From IMG/VR virus record IMGVR_UViG_3300010283_000213, positions 1 through 10,914 of that record: a stretch of 10,914 nucleotides of DNA; one strand, written 5' to 3'. The stretch comes from a virus. Lineage: Duplodnaviria > Heunggongvirae > Uroviricota > Caudoviricetes. The position numbers were made by a program, and so were the translations under genes. The notes beneath the pieces are model-generated. The model saw nothing but the letters and a program-made list of their open reading frames with translations. It was not told the DNA's origin and ran no database searches. Below, piece after piece: positions 1-7,581 of this stretch; position 1 is the stretch's first letter; every line of letters begins with the position of its first letter.

Positions 1-1
1 G

Positions 2-2026
2 CAGGAACAGGACGGGCGACTGGCTGGCGATAACGTGCCACCTGTCTGGCTTGGAGAGCAACAACTTGCCGAACTGGACAACCTGCAAATCGTACCGGAC
101 GGACGCTATCGCGTGCGTCTCTATCAGGCGGGGTTATTGCGTCCGGGGCTTGTTAATACCATCGGGCAGAAACTGGCAGCGGCAGGTGTCAGGGATGCTG
201 ATTATTATCCTGAAGGAATGCACAGCCAGAAACGGGAGAACTGGCGCGAATATCTGGAACGTGAACGGGCAGAGCAGGCGGAAAAGAAAAAGGTAGTTGA
301 ACTGCCTGTAAAGAAAAAAGAGCCATGCTATCAGGATGATGAATTAAAGCCCCGCGTTGAAAGTCGCGTCGATGGTGTTTTCTGGGTAACGCCCAAAGTG
401 GATAAGCAGTCAGGCGAAATTATCCGGCCTGAGACGTGGTTATGTTCTCCGCTTGAACTACTGGGAACGGGGACGATCGGTAAAGAGCATTACCGCGTGA
501 TGCGCTGGAAAAAATTAGCAAACCATGAAGTCATCACAATGGCGATCCCGTGTGGTGGCATTGGCGACCGTGACGGCTGGCGGTTGCTTAAAGATCACGG
601 GCTGAATGTGACAACAAATGGCAAATACAGGGCTATCCTGGCTGACTGGATGCAGTTAAGCGGAAGCCATGAGGAATGGCAGTTAAGCACAACAACGGGC
701 TGGCATTTTGGCGCGTACATCATGCCGGACGGTTCAATCATTGGTGATTCTGAAAAACCGATCCTGTTTACCGGAAAAAGTGCCGCTGTTAATGGCTATT
801 CGGTTGCGGGTACGGCGGAGGGCTGGCGCGACAGCGTGGCGCGGCTGGCTGGTGGCAATCCGTCCATGATGCTGGGTGTTGCCACGTCACTGGCAGCACC
901 TTTGATTGGCCTTGTTGGTGCTGACGGCTTCGGGGTACATCTTTTCGAACAGTCATCGGCAGGGAAAACCACCACGCAGAACATCGCTTCAAGTTTATGG
1001 GGAGAGCCGGACGCGCAACGGCTGACCTGGTACGGAACGGCGTTAGGTATCGCCAACGAGGCCGAAGCACACAACGACGGGCTGTTACCCCTGGATGAAA
1101 TAGGCCAGGCCGGAAACGCGCGGGAAGTGTCCACGTCAGCCTATACGCTGTTTAACGGTTCGGGGAAATTACAGGGGGCGAAGGACGGCGGCAACAGGGA
1201 GATCAAACACTGGCGCACGGTGGCAATCAGCACCGGAGAAATGGATGTTGAGACATTCCTCAAAAGTGAGGGGGTAAAAGTCAAAGCAGGCCAGCTTGTC
1301 CGTCTGCTTAACGTACCGATGGAGAAAGCCACGCAATTTCACGAATACAGCACCGGAAAGGCGCACGCAGACGCGTTAAAGGATGCCTGGACTGCAAATC
1401 ACGGGGCGGCGGGTCGTGAGTGGGTTAAATGGCTGGCAGACCACCAGCAGGAGGCAAAGGACACGGTAAGGGAATGCCGCGAACGGTGGCACAACCTGAT
1501 ACCGGAGAGCTACGGCGAGCAGGTCCACCGCGTGGGGGAACGTTTCGCCATACTGGAGGCTGCGCTTGTGCTTTCCGGTCATGTAACTGGCTGGGCCGCG
1601 CAGGAATGCCGGGACGCAATACAGCATAACTTTAATGCCTGGGTGAAGGAGTTCGGCACGGGTAACAGGGAATTTAAACAGATGGTTGAACAGGCTGAGG
1701 CGTTTTTGTCGTCGTTCGGGTTCAGTCGATACCTTCCTTACCCAAACAGTGATGAGCGTGATTTACCGATTAAAGACCTTGCCGGATACAGAAAGGGGAG
1801 TATCAGAAATGAAGATGATGAGTTCCGTTTTTACACGTTTCCTCATGTGTTTGAGGGTGAGATAGCACAGGGATTTAATCCGTCTCACTTTGCCCGCGCG
1901 TTGAGTGCTGCCGGAATGCTGGAAGCGGGTAACGATCGCCGTTACAAGAAAAAGGCGCTCGGCAAAATTGGGGGTAAGCAGCATGTTTTTTACGTGATGA
2001 TGTTCCAGCCTGAGGCAGACGATTAA
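2..2026 (+). CDS. Replication primase/helicase (P4 alpha-like / Pri-Rep-like), 5'-partial: the reading frame is open to the window edge, so the GTG at 35 in the ORF track is not the true start
   Basis: Frame stays open from nt 2 with no upstream stop; 663+ aa; Walker A P-loop (SSAGKTTT) mid-protein; long C-terminal domain; TAA stop at 2024-2026; iteron array begins ~25 bp downstream, the usual replicon layout of P4-like and PICI satellites. Family assignment is from motif and context, not a search. Confidence 0.7.
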   Translation, partial: QEQDGRLAGDNVPPVWLGEQQLAELDNLQIVPDGRYRVRLYQAGLLRPGLVNTIGQKLAAAGVRDADYYPEGMHSQKRENWREYLERERAEQAEKKKVVELPVKKKEPCYQDDELKPRVESRVDGVFWVTPKVDKQSGEIIRPETWLCSPLELLGTGTIGKEHYRVMRWKKLANHEVITMAIPCGGIGDRDGWRLLKDHGLNVTTNGKYRAILADWMQLSGSHEEWQLSTTTGWHFGAYIMPDGSIIGDSEKPILFTGKSAAVNGYSVAGTAEGWRDSVARLAGGNPSMMLGVATSLAAPLIGLVGADGFGVHLFEQSSAGKTTTQNIASSLWGEPDAQRLTWYGTALGIANEAEAHNDGLLPLDEIGQAGNAREVSTSAYTLFNGSGKLQGAKDGGNREIKHWRTVAISTGEMDVETFLKSEGVKVKAGQLVRLLNVPMEKATQFHEYSTGKAHADALKDAWTANHGAAGREWVKWLADHQQEAKDTVRECRERWHNLIPESYGEQVHRVGERFAILEAALVLSGHVTGWAAQECRDAIQHNFNAWVKEFGTGNREFKQMVEQAEAFLSSFGFSRYLPYPNSDERDLPIKDLAGYRKGSIRNEDDEFRFYTFPHVFEGEIAQGFNPSHFARALSAAGMLEAGNDRRYKKKALGKIGGKQHVFYVMMFQPEADD

Positions 2027-2049
2027 CCCCCCTGTGTGAGGTGAAAAGT

Positions 2050-2174
2050 TGCGGGTTATGCGGGTTATCCTGTGTATAAGTGAATTAACTGTATGAATAA
2101 AAAGGAAATCAATAACCCGCACGTAACCCGCAAAACGGCAGTTATAACCCGCAAAAGTGCGATTATAACCCGCA
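2050..2174. repeat. Iteron-type replication origin (cluster 1): 2 tandem TGCGGGTTAT-type repeats (2050-2068), an AT-rich spacer, then 4 inverted copies (A/G)TAACCCGCA at 2112, 2123, 2144, 2165
   Basis: Directly read: 9-10 bp repeats in opposite orientations flanking an AT-rich stretch (2069-2111); downstream copies spaced 11, 21 and 21 bp; located immediately 3' of the primase/helicase gene. Confidence 0.7.
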
Positions 2175-2237
2175 GAATTTCACCGTAAGGGTGTAAACAA
2201 GCGTAACTATCAACGTTAAAACCGGAGAACAGACAGC

Positions 2238-2660
2238 ATGACAGCACAGATAGCAGCTTACGGGCGGCTGGTGGCTGACCCGCAGTTAAAGACCACCAGC
2301 AAGGGCACACAAATGGCTATGGCAAGCATGGCGGTCCACCTGCCGTGCAATCAGGCAGATGACGGACAGGCGACGATGTGGTTATCCGTCCTGGCGTTTG
2401 GCAGACAGGCCGACGCACTGGCAAAACACCACAAAGGCGAGCTGGTGAGCGTGGCGGGTAACATGCAGGTAAGCCAGTGGACAGGCCAGAACGGGGAAAC
2501 GCGGCAGGGCTGGCAGGTTATCGCAGACAGCGTAATCAGTGCCAGAACGGCGCGACCTGGTGGCAAAAAAGGCCAGCAGGGTCAGGCTACTGACGCTCTA
2601 AATAGGGCTAAGCAACAGGCGGGGAATGATGATCCATACGGGGATAACATACCCTTTTAG
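2238..2660 (+). CDS. ssb: Single-stranded DNA-binding protein (SSB-like, OB fold) with acidic C-terminal tail ending DNIPF
   Basis: 140 aa; ATG at 2238 with upstream GGAG; Gly/Gln-rich linker followed by acidic tail ...NDDPYGDNIPF resembling the DDDIPF tail of bacterial SSB; N-terminal region consistent with an OB fold. Confidence 0.75.
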   Translation: MTAQIAAYGRLVADPQLKTTSKGTQMAMASMAVHLPCNQADDGQATMWLSVLAFGRQADALAKHHKGELVSVAGNMQVSQWTGQNGETRQGWQVIADSVISARTARPGGKKGQQGQATDALNRAKQQAGNDDPYGDNIPF

Positions 2661-2677
2661 CGATAACAGGGGGATAC

Positions 2678-2926
2678 ATGCCAGTGACATTTGAAGAAGT
2701 TCAGCAACATAAAAAGTTTCATGGTATTGATGATCTGGAAACCACGACAGCAAAAAAATATCGCCGTCTGCTTTCTTCCGATGCGTTATTTGTTGTGGAT
2801 CATCATGATTTTCTGCGCAGCTCACTGACCGGGGAAATTTTCGCAACCAACCGTGAGCAGGTGGAAGCGATGATCGAATATTTGTGGAAAATAAGGCGCA
2901 GAATGCGCGATCCCGTGAAACAGTAA
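2678..2926 (+). CDS. Hypothetical small protein (82 aa), function unknown
   Basis: Strong SD (AGGGGGA) 6-8 nt upstream of ATG 2678; 17 nt after the ssb stop (operon-like); followed by an intrinsic terminator. No family recognised. Confidence 0.55.
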   Translation: MPVTFEEVQQHKKFHGIDDLETTTAKKYRRLLSSDALFVVDHHDFLRSSLTGEIFATNREQVEAMIEYLWKIRRRMRDPVKQ

Positions 2927-2935
2927 AGCGATAAA

Positions 2936-2963
2936 GGCCCGGATTTTTCCCGGGTCTTTTTTT
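2936..2963 (+). terminator. Candidate rho-independent terminator after the replication/ssb operon
   Basis: GC stem CCCGG (2938-2942) / CCGGG (2950-2954) with 7-nt loop, followed by TCTTTTTTT (2955-2963). Confidence 0.55.
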
Positions 2964-3023
2964 CAGGTTTTGTAAATTATTTGTTCGTGGTTGTTTCTGG
3001 CTGTTCAGTGATTCTGGCTGATA

Positions 3024-3051
3024 TTTACATACTGATTTTTATGTATATGTT
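3024..3051 (+). promoter_or_regulatory. Candidate sigma70-type promoter for the head/packaging operon (-35 TTTACA, 16-bp spacer, -10 TATGTT)
   Basis: Hexamer match only; sits in the 274-bp intergenic region upstream of the capsid gene. An activator-dependent promoter nearer the 15-bp direct repeats at 3098-3132 is equally possible. Confidence 0.25.
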
Positions 3052-3097
3052 GGCGTGTGGCACTCAGACGTGAGCCGCCACAATGCCGCCTGACCCC

Positions 3098-3132
3098 CTG
3101 CGCGATGCCGGGTTGATCTGCGAGATGCCGAG
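3098..3132. promoter_or_regulatory. Tandem 15-bp direct repeats CTGCG(C/A)GATGCCG(G/A)G spaced 20 bp apart, upstream of the capsid gene: candidate regulator binding sites
   Basis: Read directly: 3098-3112 and 3118-3132 (13/15 identical); a third ATGCCG at 3083-3088 about 22 bp upstream. Confidence 0.35.
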
Positions 3133-3200
3133 AGTGTCGGGCGGCGCTCCCTCCGTGTTGGTTTCACGTCCTGAATCTTAACCAATACGAGAAAACCTTC

Positions 3201-4370
3201 ATGAAGAAATTAATCGAACTCCGCCAGCAAAAAACCGCCCTGAAAAACCAGATGCGATCCCTGCTGGAAAAAGCCGACAGTGAAAACCGCAGCCTGAACG
3301 ATGACGAGGGCAAACAGTTTGATGAACTGCGTGCAAAAGCCGACTCCCTCGACACAGAAATTTCCCGCCTCGAGTCTGTGGCTGATGAAGAACGCAGCAA
3401 GCCAGGAACGGGCATCCAGAAATTATCATCTGATGAATTGCGTAACTACATCGTAACCGGAGATGTGCGATCACTGTCCACCAGCACTGACAGCGGCAGG
3501 GATGGCGGATATACCGTAATTCCTGAGCTCGATCGCGAAGTCATGCGCCAGCTACAGGATGACAGTGTTATGCGCGTGATCGCGACCGTGAAGACTGCAA
3601 AATCAAATGAGTTTCAGAAACTGGTTTCCACTGGCGGCGCAACTGTAGGACGAGGCACAGAAGGCAGCGCACGCAGTGAAACCAACACCCCGAAAATTGA
3701 ACGCGTAACCATCAAGCTGAATCCGATCTACGCCTACCCGAAAACCACGCAGGAAATCCTTGATTTTTCAGAGGTGGATATTCTGGGCTGGTTATCCTCC
3801 GAAATTGCCGACACGTTCGCCAGCACCGAAGAGGATGATTTTGTTAATGGCGACGGTAACGGCAAGCCGAAAGGCTTCATGGCTTACACCCGTGCGGCGA
3901 CCAGTGACAAAACCCGCGCTTTTGGCACCATTGAAAAAATGGTAGCGGCAAGTGGAACCGCCATTACAGCGGACGAACTGATCGACATTCTCTACAAGCT
4001 GAAAGCGAAATACCGCAAAAATGCCGTCTGGGTGATGAACTCGGGCACGGCAGGGACACTACAGAAGCTGAAAAATGAGAACGGCGATTATATCTGGCGC
4101 GACAGCCTTAAAGAAGGTGCGCCGGATATGTTGCTTGGTCGTCCTGTTTACTGCCTGGAGTCCATGCCGGACATCGGCGCAGGAAAAGCACCGCTAGCGG
4201 TTGGCGATTTCAGTCGTGGTTATTTCATCGTTGATCATGTAACAGGGATTCGCACCCGACCGGACAACATTACTGAACCCGGATTCTACAAGGTCCACAC
4301 GGATAAATATCTGGGCGGTGGTGTGGTGGATTCAAACGCCATCAAAATTCTGGAAATGAAAGCTGGCTAG
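3201..4370 (+). CDS. Major capsid protein, HK97 fold, with N-terminal coiled-coil scaffold (delta) domain
   Basis: 389 aa; N-terminal ~70 aa strongly charged with heptad-like pattern (MKKLIELRQQKTALKNQMRSLLEKA...), as in HK97-type capsid proteins with fused scaffold; followed by prohead protease and portal genes. Confidence 0.85.
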   Translation: MKKLIELRQQKTALKNQMRSLLEKADSENRSLNDDEGKQFDELRAKADSLDTEISRLESVADEERSKPGTGIQKLSSDELRNYIVTGDVRSLSTSTDSGRDGGYTVIPELDREVMRQLQDDSVMRVIATVKTAKSNEFQKLVSTGGATVGRGTEGSARSETNTPKIERVTIKLNPIYAYPKTTQEILDFSEVDILGWLSSEIADTFASTEEDDFVNGDGNGKPKGFMAYTRAATSDKTRAFGTIEKMVAASGTAITADELIDILYKLKAKYRKNAVWVMNSGTAGTLQKLKNENGDYIWRDSLKEGAPDMLLGRPVYCLESMPDIGAGKAPLAVGDFSRGYFIVDHVTGIRTRPDNITEPGFYKVHTDKYLGGGVVDSNAIKILEMKAG

Positions 4371-4382
4371 TCATGAGTAAGG

Positions 4383-4405
4383 AGGAGGCTGCGGCCTCCT
4401 TTTTC
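4383..4405 (+). terminator. Candidate intrinsic terminator/attenuator immediately after the major capsid gene
   Basis: Perfect 7-bp stem AGGAGGC (4383-4389) / GCCTCCT (4394-4400), 4-nt loop TGCG, then TTTTC. Confidence 0.55.
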
Positions 4406-4424
4406 AGCTTTATGGAGTACACCG

Positions 4425-4985
4425 ATGAAAAACACCGATTTTGAAATCCGCACATCTGAACTGACCGCCAGCAATAAAAAGCTGGTGGGGTATGCCGTTC
4501 GCTGGAACAGCCTTTCAGAAATTATCTGGGACGAATTCCGCGAACAGTTCACGCCGGGGGCTTTTGCTGACTATCTGGCGGCGGGTAATGATGTGCGCTG
4601 CCTGTATGAGCATGACTATACCCAACTGCTGGGGCGCACCAAATCCGGCACTCTGGTACTGACTGAGGATAACACCGGGTTACGTTTTGAACTGACACCG
4701 CCGGATACCCAGCTTGGAAAAGATGTGCTTACGCTGGTGGAGCGTGGCGACATTACAGGAATGAGCTTTGGTTTTCGCGCATTATGCGAGGAGTGGAGTA
4801 TCGCGCAAAAACCGTATTTGCGTACCGTAACCGCCGCTGAACTCCGTGAAATCACAATAACGTCGATGCCTGCTTATCCAGAATCTGGCGTGGAGATTGC
4901 CCACCGTTCGTTGTTTGCACAGCACCCTGAATTATGCCCGACAGGAAATAATCGTCATCGCTGGTCTGAGCTGGCGGGGTTGTGA
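4425..4985 (+). CDS. Prohead maturation protease, HK97 family (peptidase S78/U35-like)
   Basis: 186 aa; position between capsid and portal genes; N-terminal MKNTDFEIRTSEL...GYAVRWNS... typical of HK97-type prohead proteases; SD-like GGAG upstream. Confidence 0.8.
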   Translation: MKNTDFEIRTSELTASNKKLVGYAVRWNSLSEIIWDEFREQFTPGAFADYLAAGNDVRCLYEHDYTQLLGRTKSGTLVLTEDNTGLRFELTPPDTQLGKDVLTLVERGDITGMSFGFRALCEEWSIAQKPYLRTVTAAELREITITSMPAYPESGVEIAHRSLFAQHPELCPTGNNRHRWSELAGL

Positions 4986-4986
4986 T

Positions 4987-6201
4987 ATGTGGTGGCCTTT
5001 TAGTCGTAAAAAAAGCGAGCAGCGTAACCTGTCCATTGATGATTTTCTGGCGCTGTCCGGCGTACCGAATACCGGATCCGGAGAATATGTTTCTGCCGGG
5101 ACGGCTGAATCATTGCCTGCAGTGATGAATGCGGTTTCTGTCATCGCTGAGGCGGTGGCCACGATGCCGTGTTATCTGTATCTGGTACGTAATGACAAGG
5201 GCAGGGAGGCGCGGGAATGGCTGGACAGTCACCCGGTAGATATTCTGCTGAATGAGCAGCCTAATTCGTGCCAGACACCTTACCAGTTTAAACGCACAAT
5301 GATGCGTCACTGCCTGCTGAACGGTAACGCCTATGCGGTTATTGAGTGGGGGCAGGACGGGCAGCCAAAATCACTTCATCCTTATGCGCCGGGGTGTGTT
5401 GTACCGGAACGCACAGGCGCACACAAATACCGCTATACCATCACCGAACCCTGTACAGGAACGGTGCGCACGTATTTACAGGAAGAAGTTCTGCATCTCC
5501 GCTATGCCTCGGATGATGGCTTTCTGGGGCGTTCCCCCGTCACGATTTGCCGTGAGGCGCTGGGGCTTGGCCTTGCTCAACAGCGTCACGGAGCCAGCAT
5601 TATGAAAGATGGCATGATGGCGGCAGGGATTATCACGTCAGGCGAATGGCTGGACGGTGTGAAAGGTAAACAGGCATTAGACGCCCTGGAACGCTACAAG
5701 GGGGCGAAAAATGCCGGAAAAACGCCAATCCTTGAAGGGGGCATGGATTACAAGCAACTGGGAATGAGTAACCAGGATGCGGAATGGCTGGCCTCCCGTC
5801 GCTTCTCCATTGAAGACATCGCCCGCATGTTCAACGTATCGCCTATTTTTCTGCAGGAATACAGCAACAGCACCTACAGCAATTTCAGCGAGGCAAGCCG
5901 CGCGTTTCTGACCATGACAATGCGCCCGTGGCTGGCGAACTTCGAACAGCAAATCAAGGCCGCTTTGCTGGTGGCTTCTCCCGTACCTGGTACCCGTTAT
6001 CTGGTTGAGTTTGATTCAGCCGATTTATTACGCGCCACACCCACCGAACGTTATGCCACGTATGAGAAAGGGATTAAGAACGGGATCATGAATCCGAACG
6101 AAGCCCGTGAGCGTGAGGGTATGCCGCCGCGTGAAGGTGGTGATGAGTTCAGCCAGGCATGGAAACAGACTGTGGAAATTAAAGGGAGAAAAGATGAGTG
6201 A
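4987..6201 (+). CDS. Portal protein, HK97 family
   Basis: ATG at 4987 one nt after the protease stop (the ORF track's 4897 start would overlap the protease gene by 89 nt); ~404 aa; size and context fit a portal. Confidence 0.8.
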   Translation: MWWPFSRKKSEQRNLSIDDFLALSGVPNTGSGEYVSAGTAESLPAVMNAVSVIAEAVATMPCYLYLVRNDKGREAREWLDSHPVDILLNEQPNSCQTPYQFKRTMMRHCLLNGNAYAVIEWGQDGQPKSLHPYAPGCVVPERTGAHKYRYTITEPCTGTVRTYLQEEVLHLRYASDDGFLGRSPVTICREALGLGLAQQRHGASIMKDGMMAAGIITSGEWLDGVKGKQALDALERYKGAKNAGKTPILEGGMDYKQLGMSNQDAEWLASRRFSIEDIARMFNVSPIFLQEYSNSTYSNFSEASRAFLTMTMRPWLANFEQQIKAALLVASPVPGTRYLVEFDSADLLRATPTERYATYEKGIKNGIMNPNEAREREGMPPREGGDEFSQAWKQTVEIKGRKDE

Positions 6202-6496
6202 AGCCAGAATTACACCTGATGAAGTCAGGGCACATCTTCGACTTGATGATGATTTATCCGGTGAAGGCGAACTTCTGAAAATGTATACCGATGCGGCGCT
6301 GGAAGCCTGCCAGAAGCATATCGGGAAACGTTTTGAAGACGGGCTGGAATTTACCCCGGCAATGCGTGTTGGTTGCCTGATGTACATCGCTTTCCTGTAC
6401 GAGAACCGGGAAGCGGTTTCACCAGTGGAGCACTCGGAACTGCCTATGGCTATTTCTGCGCTCTGGTCAGTTTATCGTGACGTAGGGGTGTACTGA
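6194..6496 (+). CDS. Head-tail connector / DNA-packaging protein, gp6-like
   Basis: Internal ATG at 6194 preceded by AAGGGAGAA; 100 aa; overlaps portal stop by 8 nt and shares ATGA with the next gene (translational coupling); MSEARITPDEVRAHLRLDDD... resembles gp6-like connector N-termini. Confidence 0.65.
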   Translation: MSEARITPDEVRAHLRLDDDLSGEGELLKMYTDAALEACQKHIGKRFEDGLEFTPAMRVGCLMYIAFLYENREAVSPVEHSELPMAISALWSVYRDVGVY

Positions 6497-6936
6497 TGCC
6501 GTGGCAACCATTAAGGCGATGCACTGAGCCTGGCTGTAATAAGCGCGTGAAGTCCGGCAAGTGTGAAGAGCACAGGCGGGCTGCATGGCGTGCAGAGGAT
6601 GCCAGACGGGGACACCGCCGCGCGCGCGGGTATTCCCGACAGTGGGACAAATACCGCGCCCTGTACCTGAGCAAAAACCCGTTATGCGTGCGTTGTCTGG
6701 CTAAGGGGATTTATACGCCAGCTCTTGTGGTGGATCACATCATTCCCATCAATGGCGGCGGTGATGTTCTCTTCTGGCCTGAGTGGAATCACCAGGCATT
6801 GTGCCAGACGTGCCACAACCGTAAGACGACACGGGAAGATCCAGCCACGAAAGCAAACCGTAAAGCGGGCATGTATCGCGAGCAGGAAGAACGGGCGGCA
6901 CACCGTAACGACTGGATGTATGGCGATGATGACTGA
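6496..6936 (+). CDS. HNH endonuclease (phage terminase-associated HNH)
   Basis: 146 aa; Cys-rich N-terminus (CTEPGCNKRVKSGKCEEH) and HNH motif (VVDHIIPINGGGD...WNHQALCQTCHNRKT); located just upstream of the terminase genes, as in cos-type HK97-like phages. Confidence 0.85.
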   Translation: MPWQPLRRCTEPGCNKRVKSGKCEEHRRAAWRAEDARRGHRRARGYSRQWDKYRALYLSKNPLCVRCLAKGIYTPALVVDHIIPINGGGDVLFWPEWNHQALCQTCHNRKTTREDPATKANRKAGMYREQEERAAHRNDWMYGDDD

Positions 6937-7105
6937 ACAGGAGCAAACCAGGCTGATACGTGGACTGATAAGGCAGCGTGACACATGGAAGACACAGGAG
7001 ACAGAGCACAAAGCCAACAGGACAGGGCGCACAAAACGCACCACAGCGAAGCGATTAACCGACCGTGACCGCGAGGTCATGGAATGTTTTCGCAATCGCT
7101 GGTGA
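6926..7105 (+). CDS. Possible small, highly basic protein (about 59 aa); coding status uncertain
   Basis: Frame-2 ORF whose unique part (6937-7105) lies between HNH and terS; Arg/Lys/Thr-rich product; DNA is A+C-rich and T-poor, so it may instead be non-coding packaging-site DNA. Confidence 0.25.
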   Translation: MMTEQEQTRLIRGLIRQRDTWKTQETEHKANRTGRTKRTTAKRLTDRDREVMECFRNRW

Positions 7106-7180
7106 GGCCGTCAGAGGGGGTGGGGGTGGTTTTCAGGACGAAACCGTCCCTGCCGGACACCGACCGCCCCCTCAAATTTT
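7106..7180. promoter_or_regulatory. GC-rich inverted-repeat element between HNH and terS: candidate cos/packaging recognition region
   Basis: GAGGGGGTGGGGGTGG (7114-7129) facing CCGACCGCCCCCTC (7160-7173), with inner palindromes GGACG..CGTCC and GTCC..GGAC (7135-7159); position HNH-[site]-terS matches where cos lies in HNH-terminase phages. Confidence 0.3.
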
Positions 7181-7224
7181 TGTGCACGGTAATTTTTTTG
7201 AAAATAATTGGGCGAAAAAAGAAC

Positions 7225-7581
7225 ATGGCAAGACCACCAAAAGCCCCCGCTTACCTGGATGAAATCGCGGTCAGGCAGTGGAAGGAAAAATCGCGCCAGC
7301 TTTCCGGGCGGGAAGACCTTACCCCCGCCGACTGGAGCAATCTGGAACTGTATTGCGTTAACTACTCCATATACCGCAAAGCCGTCGAAGACCTTGCGAC
7401 GCGCGGGTTCAGCATTGTTAACAGTCAGGGCAGCGAGAGCAGAAACCCCGCCCTGAGCGCAAAGGCTGACGCAGAAAGAATAATGATCAAAATGGCTTCT
7501 TTGCTGGGTTTTGACCCGGTAAGCCGCCGCAGAAATCCACCGGAAACAGAGGAAGAGGACGAGCTTGACTGCCTGGCATGA
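7225..7581 (+). CDS. terS: Terminase small subunit (P27-family-like)
   Basis: Internal ATG at 7225 (MARPPKAPAYLDEIAVRQWKEK...), 118 aa; the track's 7084 start would run through the GC-rich element; directly upstream of and overlapping the large terminase. Confidence 0.7.
   Translation: MARPPKAPAYLDEIAVRQWKEKSRQLSGREDLTPADWSNLELYCVNYSIYRKAVEDLATRGFSIVNSQGSESRNPALSAKADAERIMIKMASLLGFDPVSRRRNPPETEEEDELDCLA

Noticed and set aside
35-37. GTG at 35 as the true start of the primase/helicase gene
   Set aside because: The frame is open upstream to the window edge (nt 2) with no stop; the gene is 5'-truncated by the window.
789-1629. Minus-strand and alternative-frame ORFs inside the primase/helicase gene (789..1070, 796..1134, 1141..1332, 1169..1366, 1376..1627, 1425..1619, 1429..1629, 51..296)
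   Set aside because: Fully embedded in a long + strand gene; products are Pro/Arg/Ser-rich and low-complexity, typical of GC-rich antisense frames.
2064-2072. DnaA box in origin cluster 1 (TTATCCTGT)
   Set aside because: Only about 7/9 match to the TTATCCACA consensus and no equivalent in cluster 2; too weak to call.
1763-2566. Minus-strand ORFs 1763..2122, 2065..2310 and 2351..2566
   Set aside because: They run across the iteron origin or antisense to ssb; no start signals; better explained as non-coding origin DNA and the opposite strand of real genes.
4897-4986. Upstream extension of the portal ORF from 4897
   Set aside because: It would overlap the protease gene by 89 nt in another frame; the ATG at 4987 directly after the protease stop is the more parsimonious start.
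7084-7224. Upstream extension of the terS ORF from 7084, and overlapping ORFs 7065..7262 and 7208..7456
   Set aside because: The extension runs through the GC-rich inverted-repeat element and translates to low-complexity sequence; the internal ATG at 7225 gives a typical terS N-terminus.
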